Positions 21,400 to 28,982 are shown, numbered from the stretch's first letter. The stretch is DNA of 32,000 nucleotides from Halomicronema hongdechloris C2206 (GCF_002075285.3 NZ_CP021983.2:780001-812000), one strand, 5' to 3'. Made by a program: numbers and translations. The notes: generated by a model not told the origin, from the letters alone.

Positions 21400-21558
21400 A
21401 AGGAAAGTGCTGGGGAGCAATGGGGGCGATTAAGCTGAGCATTACATTGCAGCAATCTGAGATTCGTGCCCAGTCTATTTTCTAATTTTTTTATTGATTT
21501 TTGTCAATGGGATATCGCTTGTAATGATCGCAGTATCTTTCACCCGAGTAGCAATGTT

Positions 21559-21578
21559 TAGACACTTATAGACACTTA
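21559..21578. repeat. Perfect tandem duplication of the 10-mer TAGACACTTA
   Basis: Read directly from the sequence: 21559-21568 and 21569-21578 are identical. Confidence 0.9.
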
Positions 21579-21702
21579 CCTTAAAGCAGCATGCTATTTT
21601 GCTTGAGCGTTACGTCAAAAAATTTACCGTAGAGACCAGCGCTCAGGCTGCATTAAATAATGAACTGAGCCTGGTGTATACTACCCACCTAGATTTAATA
21701 AA

Positions 21703-22617
21703 ATGACCTCATCAATTACCCAAAACAGCCTTTATCAACCCCTGCATCCTTTCTTGGTCGCTGACCATACTGTTGACTTTTCTGGCCCTATTCCTGTAGA
21801 CACTGCCCTAACGCCGAGTCCAGCGATTACGGCCAATAGTAACTATTTCGATCATCCCGACTGGGCCTTGAACTATTTCAATGCCTGTCATCGTACCGAT
21901 GGTTTTAAGGAGCGCTGGCAAGCAGCGACTGGCACCTGGGATGACAAGATTGTGGTAGATGTGGGCTGTGGCCCTGGCAATGTGTTTGCCACGGTGGGCG
22001 GACAGCCGCGGTTGTTGATTGGGGTGGATGTGGCCTTGGGATCGCTGGCCCTAGCGCAGGAGATCGGCTATGTGCCATTACTGGCTGATGCCCATCAAAT
22101 GCCCTTGCGATCGCACATGGCCGATCTAGTCCTCCTCAATGCCACCCTGCACCACTGCGAAAATATGGAGCGGGTCCTAATCGAGGCAGCTCGCCTAGTC
22201 AAGCCCGGCGGCAAGCTAGTCATCGATCACGATCCCCAACTGCAGGCCTGGAACTATCGAGGCCTGGGCATGGCTATGTATCGGATTCGTCACCATCTCT
22301 ATGCCCGCTGCCTAAAGGACTTGGACATGGATCCCCATGAGCGGACCTATGCCCTGGCCACCGAAATTCATCACCATCCCGGCCATGGCGTCACTGCCGA
22401 ATTCTTCCGAGGCAGCCTGGGCCAGCTTGGATTTCAGGTCAATCTCTATCCCCATAACCAAACCCTAGGAGCCGAGACCTTACAGGGCCAACGCGGTTCC
22501 TTTCCCCATTGGCGCTACCCCCTAGGGCAAATACTCTCAGGCATTAACCCCTGGTCTGACGAAGCGGCCCTCTCGCTATTGTGTGTGGCGGTTCGAGCCG
22601 TTGCCGATTACTCATAG
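21703..22617 (+). CDS. Class I SAM-dependent methyltransferase
   Basis: Motif I VVDVGCGPGN and the post-I/II pattern ...LLADAHQMPL..., LVKPGGKLVI. Confidence 0.8.
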   Translation: MTSSITQNSLYQPLHPFLVADHTVDFSGPIPVDTALTPSPAITANSNYFDHPDWALNYFNACHRTDGFKERWQAATGTWDDKIVVDVGCGPGNVFATVGGQPRLLIGVDVALGSLALAQEIGYVPLLADAHQMPLRSHMADLVLLNATLHHCENMERVLIEAARLVKPGGKLVIDHDPQLQAWNYRGLGMAMYRIRHHLYARCLKDLDMDPHERTYALATEIHHHPGHGVTAEFFRGSLGQLGFQVNLYPHNQTLGAETLQGQRGSFPHWRYPLGQILSGINPWSDEAALSLLCVAVRAVADYS

Positions 22618-22691
22618 GAACTCTCTGGAGACTAGAGGTTCCATGCCCAGTTACACTAAGGCTATGGCTTCTAGGCTGGAGACAAATCCCT

Positions 22692-23111
22692 ATGGCCCCC
22701 CTTCCGCAGAAACGGCCCCGCCAACTCTCCCTGGGACCGTTAGAGCAGGAAATCATGGCGATCATATGGCAAGCGAACTTGACCACGGCCACGGCTATCC
22801 ATGGGTATATCCTTAGGGATCCTGATCGGGAATTGGCCTATGCATCGGTAATGACGGTGCTGCAGCGTCTCGGTAAAAAGGGATGGGTTACCTGCGATCG
22901 CAGCCAGCGTCCCTATCGCTGGTACCCAGTCGTGTCATCCCAGGAGGCCGCCGTCTGGAAGGCTCACCAACAGCTAGCGGACTTTCTGGCGGTTGGTAAT
23001 CCCGATGTGGTGGCGGCTTTCGCCGATAGTCTCGATACTGCTAGCGTAGAGCAACTAGACGCCATTGCCCGGCGTATCCAAGCCATTCGACAGCAACGAC
23101 AAGCGCCTTGA
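22692..23111 (+). CDS. BlaI/MecI/CopY-family winged-helix repressor
   Basis: LGPLEQEIMAIIW...AYASVMTVLQRLGKKGWV is typical of the Penicillinase_R family. ATG 22692 is preferred, because the track start 22581 overlaps the methyltransferase 3' end. Confidence 0.8.
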   Translation: MAPLPQKRPRQLSLGPLEQEIMAIIWQANLTTATAIHGYILRDPDRELAYASVMTVLQRLGKKGWVTCDRSQRPYRWYPVVSSQEAAVWKAHQQLADFLAVGNPDVVAAFADSLDTASVEQLDAIARRIQAIRQQRQAP

Positions 23112-23962
23112 TGCATCTGAGCTTATTGCTACTGATAGGGCTGCTGGCTGTGGTCATGCGTCTGCTTTGGCCGCGACCTCAGGGATCTTGGCCACAGCGC
23201 TGGTGGTCTACCCTGCAAGGATTCTCCCTACCGCCGCTGTTGCTCTTGACGATGGCTTTGGCGGTCTTGGGCATGGGGGGACATGGCCACATGCTAGGTC
23301 TGCCGGTCAGCCATGGGGGCTGTGGTTTGGCCTTGCTATGGTGGGGCATTGCCCTAGGGCACTTAGTCTGGGCTGGCGGACAAATGGTGCGATCGCATCA
23401 GCAGACAAAGCACTTACCAGTCCTAGCCCTAGCCGACGATCATCCTGTCAGCATTTTGCCCGTAGCCATTCCCTATGCCGCTCAAACAGGCATCTGGCAA
23501 CCAAAAACCCTCCTCAGTCAAGGGCTCTTGCAGGAGCTCAACCAGGAAGAACTCTCAGCTGTCCTAGCCCACGAAGCGGCCCACTGCCACTACCAAGATC
23601 CCTTCTGGTTTTTCTGGCTAGGCTGGCTCAGGCGCTGGAGTGGCTGGTTACCTCGTAGTGAAGACTTTTGGCAAGACCTGCTACTACTGCGAGAGCTGCG
23701 GGCCGATCAGTGGGCTAGCCAACGGGTCGATCCTCTACTGCTGGCTAGCGTGCTCGTCAAATTAGCGGCTATGCAGCAATCGCTGGCCATTCCCGGCGCC
23801 ATCTCACTACACGAGGCTTCTCTTAACCGTTTAGAAGAGCGAGTCGATGCCCTGCTAAACGCTGCTGCTACTGACTCAGTCGATAGTCCTGCCTCAGTTT
23901 TTCCTTATCCTGGGTGGTCTATGGCCCTACTTCCCTTGCTGACAATTTTGTTGCACCAGTGA
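23108..23962 (+). CDS. BlaR1-like M56 membrane metalloprotease without an extracellular sensor domain
   Basis: HExxH in LAHEAAHCHYQDPFWF with N-terminal TM helices. The start (TTG 23108 / ATG 23111) overlaps the repressor's stop codon. At only 284 aa there is no penicillin-binding-type C-terminal domain. Confidence 0.75.
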   Translation: MMHLSLLLLIGLLAVVMRLLWPRPQGSWPQRWWSTLQGFSLPPLLLLTMALAVLGMGGHGHMLGLPVSHGGCGLALLWWGIALGHLVWAGGQMVRSHQQTKHLPVLALADDHPVSILPVAIPYAAQTGIWQPKTLLSQGLLQELNQEELSAVLAHEAAHCHYQDPFWFFWLGWLRRWSGWLPRSEDFWQDLLLLRELRADQWASQRVDPLLLASVLVKLAAMQQSLAIPGAISLHEASLNRLEERVDALLNAAATDSVDSPASVFPYPGWSMALLPLLTILLHQ

Positions 23963-23996
23963 GGGAATTGGCCAGGGATGAGGCAACTGGCGCAAT

Positions 23997-24210
23997 CTAA
24001 AGCCGCGTCAGCCAGCCAAACACCCCTTGACCAGTCAGGGCTTCAAACAGGAGGGCCGAGACAAACCCGATCATGGCCAAGCGGCCATTCAGCTGCTCGG
24101 CATATCGGTTGAAGCCAAATCGCTGATGGTCATCGCCATAAACTTTAGGCTCAACCGCAAAATTATTCAGGCGGATTGCCCGCTTCAGGGGTGTATCCGT
24201 TGGGCGTCAT
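23997..24210 (-). pseudogene. hli: High-light-inducible protein (HLIP / CAB-ELIP-HLIP family) gene interrupted by a 1-nt frameshift
   Basis: The minus-strand ATG at 24210 gives MTPNGYTPEAGN, then a stop after 15 codons. The adjacent frame reads RLNNFAVEPKVYGDDHQRFGFNRYAEQLNGRLAMIGFVSALLFEALTGQGVFGWLTRL* (stop 23997-23999), with the HLIP signature FGFxxxAExxNGRxAMIGF...E..TGQG. Removing one C of the CC at 24173-24174 (minus-strand sense) joins both parts into a 70-aa HLIP. The gene is absent from the ORF track. Confidence 0.7.
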
Positions 24211-24236
24211 GGCAGCATATCCATCTATCTGCCCAC

Positions 24237-24254
24237 ATCGTAACGCAATGTAAA
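24237..24254 (-). promoter_or_regulatory. HLR1-like element (candidate RpaB binding site) upstream of the hli gene
   Basis: The minus strand reads TTTACATT-GC-GTTACGAT. The HLR1 consensus is two (G/T)TTACA(T/A)(T/A) direct repeats spaced by 2 nt, so half-site 1 is perfect and half-site 2 has one mismatch. Its 3' edge lies 26 nt from the hli ATG. Confidence 0.5.
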
Positions 24255-24292
24255 TACTTGTTGCATTTTCTTGGTAGAAGGGTGAGAACTGC

Positions 24293-24829
24293 CTAGGTGA
24301 TTGCCTGAAAACGCTCTATTAGCTGCCGCAGCCGTACCTTGATGGCAATGTACGTAGACACCTGATAGTGTTCAGCCAACAACCACACCACCAGAGTCAT
24401 ATGGGTCAGCAGGGTGATGATGGCCCAGGCAATCGGCCAAGCCAACGCCTCATCTAAGGGTGGAAACATGTAAGCTGACACACTGATCAGGCCGACCGGA
24501 GCAATGATGAGCAAAATGCCCACGATCCAGACCATCAGCGTCATATCCAGATCTCCCTGGCGCAGGGATTTCCAAGTACGACCGTTCCACCGCCAACCAG
24601 TGGGCTGGGTACCATCGACCATGTGAATGGTCTGCTCACTCAGATTGGCCGCAAACATATGTCGGCAAAAGTCGCAAGAAAACGACTCCATCAGGACCAA
24701 GGCGTGAATATGGCCATGGCGGCAGACTGGACAGAGATACTGATTTGTCAGGCTGAGTCGCACTGGTTCGGCTCCTGACCGTTCCCTTCCCTGATGCGTC
24801 TGCTGCGGGTTAGATGATAACCAAGCCAT
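24293..24829 (-). CDS. Hypothetical membrane protein with an N-terminal zinc-ribbon-like CxxC...CxxC motif
   Basis: CPVCRHGH...CDFCRHMF followed by two long hydrophobic helices. ATG 24829 is preferred over TTG 24847. Confidence 0.55.
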   Translation of the reverse strand: MAWLSSNPQQTHQGRERSGAEPVRLSLTNQYLCPVCRHGHIHALVLMESFSCDFCRHMFAANLSEQTIHMVDGTQPTGWRWNGRTWKSLRQGDLDMTLMVWIVGILLIIAPVGLISVSAYMFPPLDEALAWPIAWAIITLLTHMTLVVWLLAEHYQVSTYIAIKVRLRQLIERFQAIT

Positions 24830-24870
24830 AGGAGGAGATGAAGGCAATCATGGGGACATTGCTTAATTGC

Positions 24871-25626
24871 TTAGAGCATACCGGCAACCACCATGCTACC
24901 GATGGTGCGGGTATAGTGTTGGCCATTGTAAGCGAGAATGACAACCGGCTCCTCGGACATCTCAATACGATGGACTCGCACCCGCCCACCCGCTAAGCTA
25001 TCTCCGACACTGACGTAACGGCTGGTTTTGGCATTGGGTTCTTTCACAATTAAATGGATGCGATCGCCAACTTGCACGACCCCACTGAGTTCAAGGGCAT
25101 CTACTGGGTTTCGGGCAGGAGAAGACGCTGCCGCTACTGCAGGTGTCTCGGGGGCAACTTCACGGCTAGGTAAGGGGGGCAAGGAAGCCGGGGGGGCAGT
25201 GACGGATACAGTTGGCAGGCTCTGGGGAGGCGTCGCCACAGCCACTGGAGTCGTGGTCGCAGCGGTGGCAACTGGCGTCGCCGTCGCCGCGTCTGGACCA
25301 GTTAGGGAGGGTCGGGTCAGGGGAGCAAAGGGATCGGTCCGTCCAGCAGTCACCTGGGCTAATCGGGCTGCCTTATCGGATGGCTGTAACAGCCCGGGAT
25401 CGGCCAATGTCAGTAGTGATGTTGTCGAGGCCAAGGGAGAGGTGAACAAGGGCGGTGCTGGGCTAGTCTCTGTGACGACCTTTGGAGTCGAAACGTCTGC
25501 CTGTTCCGGCGAGGCAGTCATCAAGCGCACTAAGCTACCAACGGCCAACGCTAGGCCAACGCTGCCAGCCAAGACCCAGATGACCTGACGATTTGAGAGT
25601 GTTTGCGGTGCAGCGGATGGTGTCAT
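24871..25626 (-). CDS. Hypothetical membrane-anchored protein with a Pro/Thr/Ala-rich linker and a C-terminal beta-rich domain (PilP/GspC-like by eye)
   Basis: N-terminal TM helix (VIWVLAGSVGLALAVGSL), then a PTA-rich low-complexity stretch, then C-terminal LSGVVQVGDRIHLIVKEP...VSVGDSLAGGRVRVHRIE.... ATG 25626 is preferred over TTG 25632. Confidence 0.5.
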   Translation of the reverse strand: MTPSAAPQTLSNRQVIWVLAGSVGLALAVGSLVRLMTASPEQADVSTPKVVTETSPAPPLFTSPLASTTSLLTLADPGLLQPSDKAARLAQVTAGRTDPFAPLTRPSLTGPDAATATPVATAATTTPVAVATPPQSLPTVSVTAPPASLPPLPSREVAPETPAVAAASSPARNPVDALELSGVVQVGDRIHLIVKEPNAKTSRYVSVGDSLAGGRVRVHRIEMSEEPVVILAYNGQHYTRTIGSMVVAGML

Positions 25627-25696
25627 TGCCAATTCCCCAGGACTAACCCACGAGCTTCCCTGTAGGATAGCGAATTATTCCTAAAATAACGTTAGA

Positions 25697-25867
25697 TTAA
25701 CGCCATTTCCTCAGCTTAATAATTTTGCTCAATACGCTCCCTGGTTGGCTGGGTCCCCCTGGCACGCCAAGGCAGCAGATTGTGATGAAATACATCCCGG
25801 CGGAGCCATAATCGTATCCCTGCAGTCGAATGGAACGACGATGGTGGTTTTCGGGGTCGTAGTTCAT
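25697..25867 (-). pseudogene. Truncated REP-associated tyrosine transposase (RAYT, IS200/IS605-like Y1) gene remnant
   Basis: MNYDPENHHRRSIRLQGYDYGSAGMYFITICC matches the conserved N-terminus of cyanobacterial RAYT-like transposases from memory. Similarity ends after ~32 aa (about 25772) and the frame stops at 25697; full-length members are much longer. Confidence 0.55.
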
Positions 25868-25948
25868 CAGAGATATGCGATCGCTTCTCCAGTTAGAATT
25901 CCCTGAATATCGGGTGGAGGCGTATGTCTGCAGATCACACATGGGATA

Positions 25949-26053
25949 GGGGCGCCCAGGCTATTGGTCGGGGCGCACGGGCTATCGGTCGGGGCGCCCA
26001 GGCTATCGGTCGGGCGCCCAGGCTATTGGTCGGGGCGCACGGCCGTGCGCCCC
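25949..26053. repeat. REP-like tandem array: four ~21-nt units followed by a perfect 22-nt palindrome
   Basis: The units are GGGGCGCCCAGGCTATTGGTC (25949-25969), GGGGCGCACGGGCTATCGGTC (25970-25990), GGGGCGCCCAGGCTATCGGTC (25991-26011) and GGGCGCCCAGGCTATTGGTC (26012-26031). They are followed by GGGGCGCACGGCCGTGCGCCCC (26032-26053), which is its own reverse complement. Confidence 0.9.
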
Positions 26054-26104
26054 GACGGGCGGTGGGGTACCACGTGTAGGGTTTGCAGAATCGGTGTTAA
26101 TCCT

Positions 26105-26533
26105 TCAATGTCGCGGCATCGGCCATAGCTTTTTGAATAGCGTTTGCTGGCCATTGAGAAACGCCAGCAACTCCTCCGATTCCACTGAGCCATCGGGAAA
26201 CAGGGTGACCAGCTCGCAATATTGCCGGGTGACTAAGGGCATGGGCTTTCTAGGATTCTCAGGATCTTTCACCAGCCGCACTTTGGGATACATGCGATGC
26301 CACAGCCGCCCAATAGTTCCCATTTGCCCCGTCATTGATGACCGATAAATTGATCCCTCGGGAATGCCAACCGACGGAATCGCCTCTCGATAGGGGCCAT
26401 GCAGCCATCGCACCGCTTCACAATCGTCCAGGCCATCGGTTTCACGTCCCCACACCTGCACCCTGTCTGGATGCCAGGCTTCTCGCCAGTTGGCATGGGT
26501 ATCGGGTTGGGGCGTCACGGTTTGCAACTGCAT
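26105..26533 (-). CDS. Hypothetical 142-aa protein, translationally close partner of the RAMP gene
   Basis: The ATG at 26533 lies 15 nt downstream of the RAMP stop codon on the same strand. The ORF is intact and no motif was recognised. Confidence 0.6.
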   Translation of the reverse strand: MQLQTVTPQPDTHANWREAWHPDRVQVWGRETDGLDDCEAVRWLHGPYREAIPSVGIPEGSIYRSSMTGQMGTIGRLWHRMYPKVRLVKDPENPRKPMPLVTRQYCELVTLFPDGSVESEELLAFLNGQQTLFKKLWPMPRH

Positions 26534-26548
26534 CCACTCTCGGGCCGC

Positions 26549-27817
26549 CTAGCGCACTTCGGCAATGAAATCCCCTACTTTTTCCAGCTTGCGCACCCGT
26601 ACATCCCGTACCTGGGACCGTTTACCCAACCATTCCCAGTGGCAGCCGATCAGCGGTTTGTAGCCCTGGTCATAGTAGTCGGGATAGACCAGACGATGGT
26701 CGGCCCGGCGCCAGGATTTGCCAAAGCCACCGAAGACCATGGCAAAGCGGGTCAAGGCTTCAATCAGTTTCGTTAGGGCTTGCCGCTGGGGCTGAGGTAG
26801 GTCTCGGGTGAGCCGCCAGAGCAGTTCTCCCTCCACCGTGTAAGTAGGCTGACTATAAGAACCTTGCCCAAAATCATCTAGCTCCAACTGGGTGTCGAGA
26901 AAGGCCATACTCAGCAAGCCCACAGTGGCTCCACCCCTAATGCCGCCAAACAGCTCCTGGACCAAACCTTCAGCTTGATCTGCACTGGTTAAGCCGCCAA
27001 AGATACGCAGGGCATGGCCCCGGATGGCGGCGCGAAATACGTTGGGGCGAAACTCTCCGGTGCCATCCACTAGCTTGGCAGCCTGACCCTGCCCCTTGAG
27101 GCGCGTGCGGTAGAGAATATCGCTGCTGCGTTGTTGGGGTTGACCATAACCGGCACTGACGCGACAGCCCAGCCCCAGGGACAGCGCCGTTTCCCAAATA
27201 TGCCAGATTTGCTCCCATTCAAGGTCATCCAGGGGAGTAGTGCTGGAGATGCCGACTGCCAGCTTAGGTTTATAGAGGGAGATCTGTATGAATGCCCCGC
27301 CTTCCTTCTCTCCAGATTTCACCTGCCACTGCTGCTGGGGATGGACAATATCCACCAGGTTCTGAGTCCAGCGGGTATCGGTGGGGTAACCGCCATGAAA
27401 TCGTAAAATGCCGGGGCGAAAGTCATCATTTTCTAGTTTTTCGCCGCAGTAGCGATCGCATGTCCCTTCCGGTAATTCCCCCGTCCGTTCCAGCTGCCGA
27501 GCCGCCTGGCGGAACACGCCCTTCATGCTGCTGCCGGGGTAAAAGGGCCAACCCCTGGCCCCAATCACCGGACGAATCACCCCATCGTCTTGGCCGCTAT
27601 TGGTAATGAAGCGCCAGCTCAAGGCATAGGTGCGGGTTTGCACGTCTTTGCCAAAATCAGGCGCCTCTGGATAGGCCTTGTCGACCCATTCATCGGCCCA
27701 GCGCTCGGCATCTTGCTCGGGGGCCTTAGGGATCAGCCGCTGCACCTGGCAGCGACCCTCCACTTGGGCCCGAAACATCAGGGGGACTTGGTTGGCGATC
27801 GTAGAGGAGTGAGCCAT
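26549..27817 (-). CDS. RAMP-superfamily protein: Cmr6-like N-terminal RAMP domain plus a second RAMP-like C-terminal half
   Basis: The N-terminal half has LSWRFITNSG...GWPFYPGSSMKGVFR (Cmr6-type WR...G.P.iPGSS.KG..R), GILRFHGGYP, LVDIVHPQ (Cmr6 'D...pH') and a glycine-rich loop LGLGCRVSAGYGQ. The C-terminal half has FRPNVFRAAIRGHALRIFGG, ELFGG, VGLLSMAF and FGGFGKSW. ATG 27817 is preferred over TTG 27853. Confidence 0.7.
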   Translation of the reverse strand: MAHSSTIANQVPLMFRAQVEGRCQVQRLIPKAPEQDAERWADEWVDKAYPEAPDFGKDVQTRTYALSWRFITNSGQDDGVIRPVIGARGWPFYPGSSMKGVFRQAARQLERTGELPEGTCDRYCGEKLENDDFRPGILRFHGGYPTDTRWTQNLVDIVHPQQQWQVKSGEKEGGAFIQISLYKPKLAVGISSTTPLDDLEWEQIWHIWETALSLGLGCRVSAGYGQPQQRSSDILYRTRLKGQGQAAKLVDGTGEFRPNVFRAAIRGHALRIFGGLTSADQAEGLVQELFGGIRGGATVGLLSMAFLDTQLELDDFGQGSYSQPTYTVEGELLWRLTRDLPQPQRQALTKLIEALTRFAMVFGGFGKSWRRADHRLVYPDYYDQGYKPLIGCHWEWLGKRSQVRDVRVRKLEKVGDFIAEVR

Positions 27818-27837
27818 GGGGATACCTGAATCGAGAT

Positions 27838-28392
27838 TTAAACCATCAACCAACCAAACAGTTGGTCTGCGGTGAGGGAGAGGTTAATATCCGTCAGCAC
27901 TGGCAGGGGAACATCCCCCCTGAGCAACTGCACCCGCTGATCGGACCAAACCACCAGGACCGTTTCTTCCTCCGGGTCAAGCAACCAGCCCAGTTCGGTG
28001 CCCTGTTGGGCACAGTGCAGCAGGTTGCCTAACACGCGAGTCTGGCTCTGCTCAGGTGAGAGAATTTCGATCGACCAGTCTGGGTGAATGGTGAAGCGAT
28101 TGGCGATGCGCCCTGAGGGTTGACGAGGAATGCGGCTCCAGCGAAATACCGCCACATCAGGCACGATGGATCGACCAGCAACCGTACAGCGCAATTCAGG
28201 AAAGGCCATGGCGACTTTGGCCGCCTTGGCTTGCTGATTAATCGTTTCACACAGGGTTCCCTGTAGCAGGCTGTGTTCCCCTTGTGGCATGGGTTTCTGG
28301 ATGACTTTGCCATCGATAAATTCAGAGGCGGGCTTGGTTTCAGGGAGTTTTAGGAATGCTTCCAGGGTGAGCGATGAGGTTGAAATGGTCAT
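27838..28392 (-). CDS. Uma2-family (DUF820) PD-(D/E)xK endonuclease-like protein
   Basis: Typical Uma2 pattern: EFIDGKVIQKPMP, PDVAVF, SIEILSPEQS, LGWLLDPEE. Confidence 0.8.
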   Translation of the reverse strand: MTISTSSLTLEAFLKLPETKPASEFIDGKVIQKPMPQGEHSLLQGTLCETINQQAKAAKVAMAFPELRCTVAGRSIVPDVAVFRWSRIPRQPSGRIANRFTIHPDWSIEILSPEQSQTRVLGNLLHCAQQGTELGWLLDPEEETVLVVWSDQRVQLLRGDVPLPVLTDINLSLTADQLFGWLMV

Positions 28393-28397
28393 GGTCT

Positions 28398-28982
28398 CTA
28401 CTCTTCTTCAGCGAGCTCTCCAGCTGCCAGTAGTGTCTCCACCGTCAGGTCCAGCTCTGGAAACGTTGGGGATACCAGTGGCTGATGGCCGACAAACACC
28501 GTCTCCTCATACATGCCTTCGTCAAGCTGCAGCACCGTCACCGTTGACTGCAAGGGGTCAACGATCCAATATTCTGGTACGCCCAGGGCGGCATATTCCG
28601 TGCGCTTGTAACGGTAATCGCGGCTGACGGACTCTGGACTCACCACCTCCACCGTCAGTAAGGGAGCAGTTTGGCAAATGGCGGATTCATCAAGAAAATT
28701 GCTGACCTGCTCTGGAGTTAGTACATAAACGTCAGTCAAACGTGATTTCCGGACGCCGGTACGAATCCCCGCTTCTCGAAAACACAGCCATCTAAAGCCT
28801 AAACGACGAATTTCAGTATCGAGGCACTGCTCAATGAATTTAGCTATCAGCATATGCCGAAACGTTGGTGGCGTCATTGCGACCAGTGCTCCATCCACCA
28901 GTTCGTAGCGAGCGGCAGTGCCGTCGTCGTAGGCGACATAGTCTTCAAAGCTGATCTGGGTTGTGGCGGTTGACGGTGTCAT
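28398..28982 (-). CDS. Uma2-family (DUF820) PD-(D/E)xK endonuclease-like protein
   Basis: YELVDGALVAMTPP, TDVYVL, TVEVVSPES..D...K..YAALGVPEYWIVDP. ATG 28982 (or GTG 28985). It is separated from the next Uma2 gene by 5 nt. Confidence 0.8.
   Translation of the reverse strand: MTPSTATTQISFEDYVAYDDGTAARYELVDGALVAMTPPTFRHMLIAKFIEQCLDTEIRRLGFRWLCFREAGIRTGVRKSRLTDVYVLTPEQVSNFLDESAICQTAPLLTVEVVSPESVSRDYRYKRTEYAALGVPEYWIVDPLQSTVTVLQLDEGMYEETVFVGHQPLVSPTFPELDLTVETLLAAGELAEEE

Noticed and set aside
23065-23658. 197-aa ORF overlapping the BlaR1-like gene in another frame
   Set aside because: The overlapping frame 23108..23962 carries the HExxH motif and TM helices. This frame is Ala/Gly/Arg/Ser-rich with no features.
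24027-24296. 89-aa plus-strand ORF from the track
   Set aside because: It is the antisense shadow of the minus-strand HLIP gene and its promoter. The translation has no protein-like features.
25028-25588. 186-aa plus-strand ORF antisense to 24871..25626
   Set aside because: It is an antisense shadow across a Pro/Thr/Ala-rich low-complexity region. The minus-strand gene has a signal anchor and a structured C-terminal domain.
25949-26053. Could the 21-nt repeated units next to the RAMP genes be a CRISPR array?
   Set aside because: The units are directly contiguous with no spacers, are only ~21 nt long, and vary among themselves. They end in a self-complementary palindrome next to a RAYT remnant, so a REP-like array explains them better.
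26094-27829. Plus-strand ORFs (26094..26348, 26335..26568, 26399..26776, 27131..27406, 27292..27606, 27590..27829) across the RAMP locus
   Set aside because: All are antisense to the two long, motif-bearing minus-strand genes and have no recognisable features.
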